Position numbers and translations under genes: made by a program. The notes under the pieces are model-generated. The model searched no databases and was not told where the DNA came from. It was given only the letters and a program-made list of their open reading frames with translations. From Negaprion brevirostris (lineage: Eukaryota): DNA of 64,000 nucleotides. Below are positions 61,791-64,000 of the stretch, in pieces (position 1 is the stretch's first letter; the number at the start of each line of letters is the position of its first letter). The stretch is taken from positions 33,380,927 through 33,444,926 of the forward strand of contig JARDVH010000163.1 of NCBI GenBank assembly GCA_030324005.1, given 5' to 3'.

Positions 61791-63944
61791 CCCTGAAAAG
61801 TAATAAGACTATGAAGGAGTATGAATTAAAGGGAACATTTCAATGTCAAATCAAGTATAGATCAACAGTTAAAGATCGTGAATAGAAGATTGGCTTGGAT
61901 TAAAGGCAAGAATAGAAAAAAGGAAAGGCAAAGCAGGAAGATAAATGATTAACAATTCAAAAATAATATTTTAAAAGTCTCCTAAAGCAATCCACAGCCT
62001 GAAAGTGTGAAATGTGGTACTACTAACAATTAATTTTCCATGTTACGGTGATTGATCACAAGCGTGCTTACATTTGTAATTATTCATTCTAAATATCTGC
62101 GGCAGACTTAGTTCATACCTACAGCTCAAATACAGTAGTGTCACATTGTTCAGTGGGAGAGTTCTGGTGACAGCATGACTCTTATTGAAAATTAGCTTTG
62201 CATCTGTGACCAGCTTTCTGACAGTAGTCATGAACTGTCAGGAAATTCTATCCCTTGTGCTTTAGTAGCCAGCCTGTGAGCTGACCCTGGGTGGAATAAA
62301 GGGAGCAGAGACTGGTGTAGGACTAATGAATCATGATTGCTGCTAGAAAACTGGGCACAGGCATACATATTGCACTGCTTGTGTTTGCAAGGAAGTTTTA
62401 CATTCAAATAGTAATATCCACTTCTACTGAAGAATGCAGGATGATGTGGATGCCATCTGTTATAATGAGAAAGCCTTGAAGATAGGAAAAGTCTCTCTCA
62501 TCCTGTTTCACTCTTGTCCATAAAGAATGGAATGCATGTGTTCATCTTGTAGCTTTTCATCACTCCACACACAGCAAACTGCAATGTGTCATTTGTGTTA
62601 TCTATTGCACTCTGAAATAATGATGTGGTGTAATATGTAAGGATCAAGTAAGCTTGCCAGCCATGGAAAGAGCAATATGTATCCTGGTTTGGGTATCCAG
62701 TTTGTGGCAGTTTGTGTCCTTGATGAAGCACAGGCATGTGAAGTACTTTCTGAAGACCCACTGTGGCAATGGTTTATGTGGTAACTTGGGCTTACAAATA
62801 AGCTGGTCAAATGCATCGTTTGAAGATTGATCTTCAAGTAATGTTGCTTAACAACAGAACACAGCAGAACAGTAACAACTATGAAAACAGGAAACAAGTA
62901 AAACAGGTCTAGCTTGCAGAACGCTCTCCTGCAGAATTAAAAACCCTCCAAAGACATGCACGTCTTCAACAGATGCCAGTAAAGCAATTATATTAGGAGA
63001 AAAAACTCCTAAGTACGCTCTGTACTCAAAATGACAGCTTTTTATGCAGTGTTTAGCTCCTCCCAATTCTCTCAGCTCCTTCTGCTATCTGTCTCCTGTT
63101 TTCTTTGCTGTTTCTCCTCAAATGCAATACTGCCAGACCACCTGTGATGGGAATAAACCCTTTTTAAAACAGCCAGGATAAAATTGTTCCCAGAAATCAG
63201 GATTTACTTGTGGAATGCAGAAAATAGCTGTAAAAACAAAACAGCCCAGAAGTTAATTAGCAGCCCAATAGGAGAAACCAGCAGCAAACCTGTATGGAAG
63301 AGTTCAGCCCTCTAAATAGCTCTTCTGCAGATTCCTTGATGACTAACTGTGTGATGTTATCATGACTATTGCAGGACCCTTTTTTAAATATTGTTACCTG
63401 ACTTGTTACAGCACACAACATGGATGCAAATAGATTAGCCCAAATTGACATAGTTGGTGACATTCTTTCGGCATGGAATGGACAAGCATCTGCTGTCTGT
63501 CATATTTGGTGCTTACTTTATGCCTGTAAAATTGATGCTTGTGGTTGCATTTCTTGGGAATGGTATGTGTATAAGATATCTGAAAAGCCACAATTATTTC
63601 TTCTGAATTACTATTTCCACAATAGTAGTGTAGTTCTGACCGCTTGCAGTTTGCCCATAAGTGATGAAAACTCATCTGACCTCTGAGTCCTCAAATCGCT
63701 AATCACACAGGCAATCAACAATGGTAAATATAACAAAAAGAATGCCTTCAAATTTTGTCAGTGCACATTTCCTCATTTCAGGTAGAATTGGAGGTAAGGA
63801 CTTATTGCATGATCAAGCAATGTTAAACACAATTTATACTGAGTACAAAAGCTAATCACTCGTCAATTCATGGCAAAGTAGCCATTTCATTTCCCGATCT
63901 TGAAAAAAGATAAAGCTCCTCATTTGGATTAGAAATTCATAAAA

Positions 63945-64000
63945 CCATAGAATTACTACTGTACAAAAGGAGACCATTTGGTCCATCAATTCTGCACCGA
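63945..64000 (-). mobile_element. CR1-type 3' tail (runs off the window)
   Basis: catagaa..gtacaaaaggagaccatttggtccatc. Confidence 0.7.

Overview
Eukaryotic, AT-rich, CpG-depleted vertebrate DNA. The repeat repertoire (HE1/V-domain tRNA SINEs, HER1/CR1 LINE tails, a Deu-domain SINE) points to a shark/elasmobranch draft assembly with many N gaps. No ORF in the six-frame track is a recognisable host gene; the recognisable ones are decayed LINE or transposon coding sequence. The window reads as intronic or intergenic. It holds about 12 V-SINEs with two different 3' tails, many CR1 fragments, one long decayed RTE carrying nested insertions, a second RTE with an intact TSD, and L2 and Rex1/Babar pieces. 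It also holds Harbinger-type MITEs with Myb/SANT relics, and palindromic Penelope-type elements with hammerhead-ribozyme cores. A tRNA-headed LINE has 5' and 3' ends that are fused in five short SINE-like copies. Repeat-free islands rich in homeodomain, Pbx-Hox and RFX motifs may be conserved enhancers. A few small minus-strand exon candidates may belong to an unidentified large gene. I found no convincing evidence of a wholly new system. Family names come from my recognition of motifs, not from database searches.
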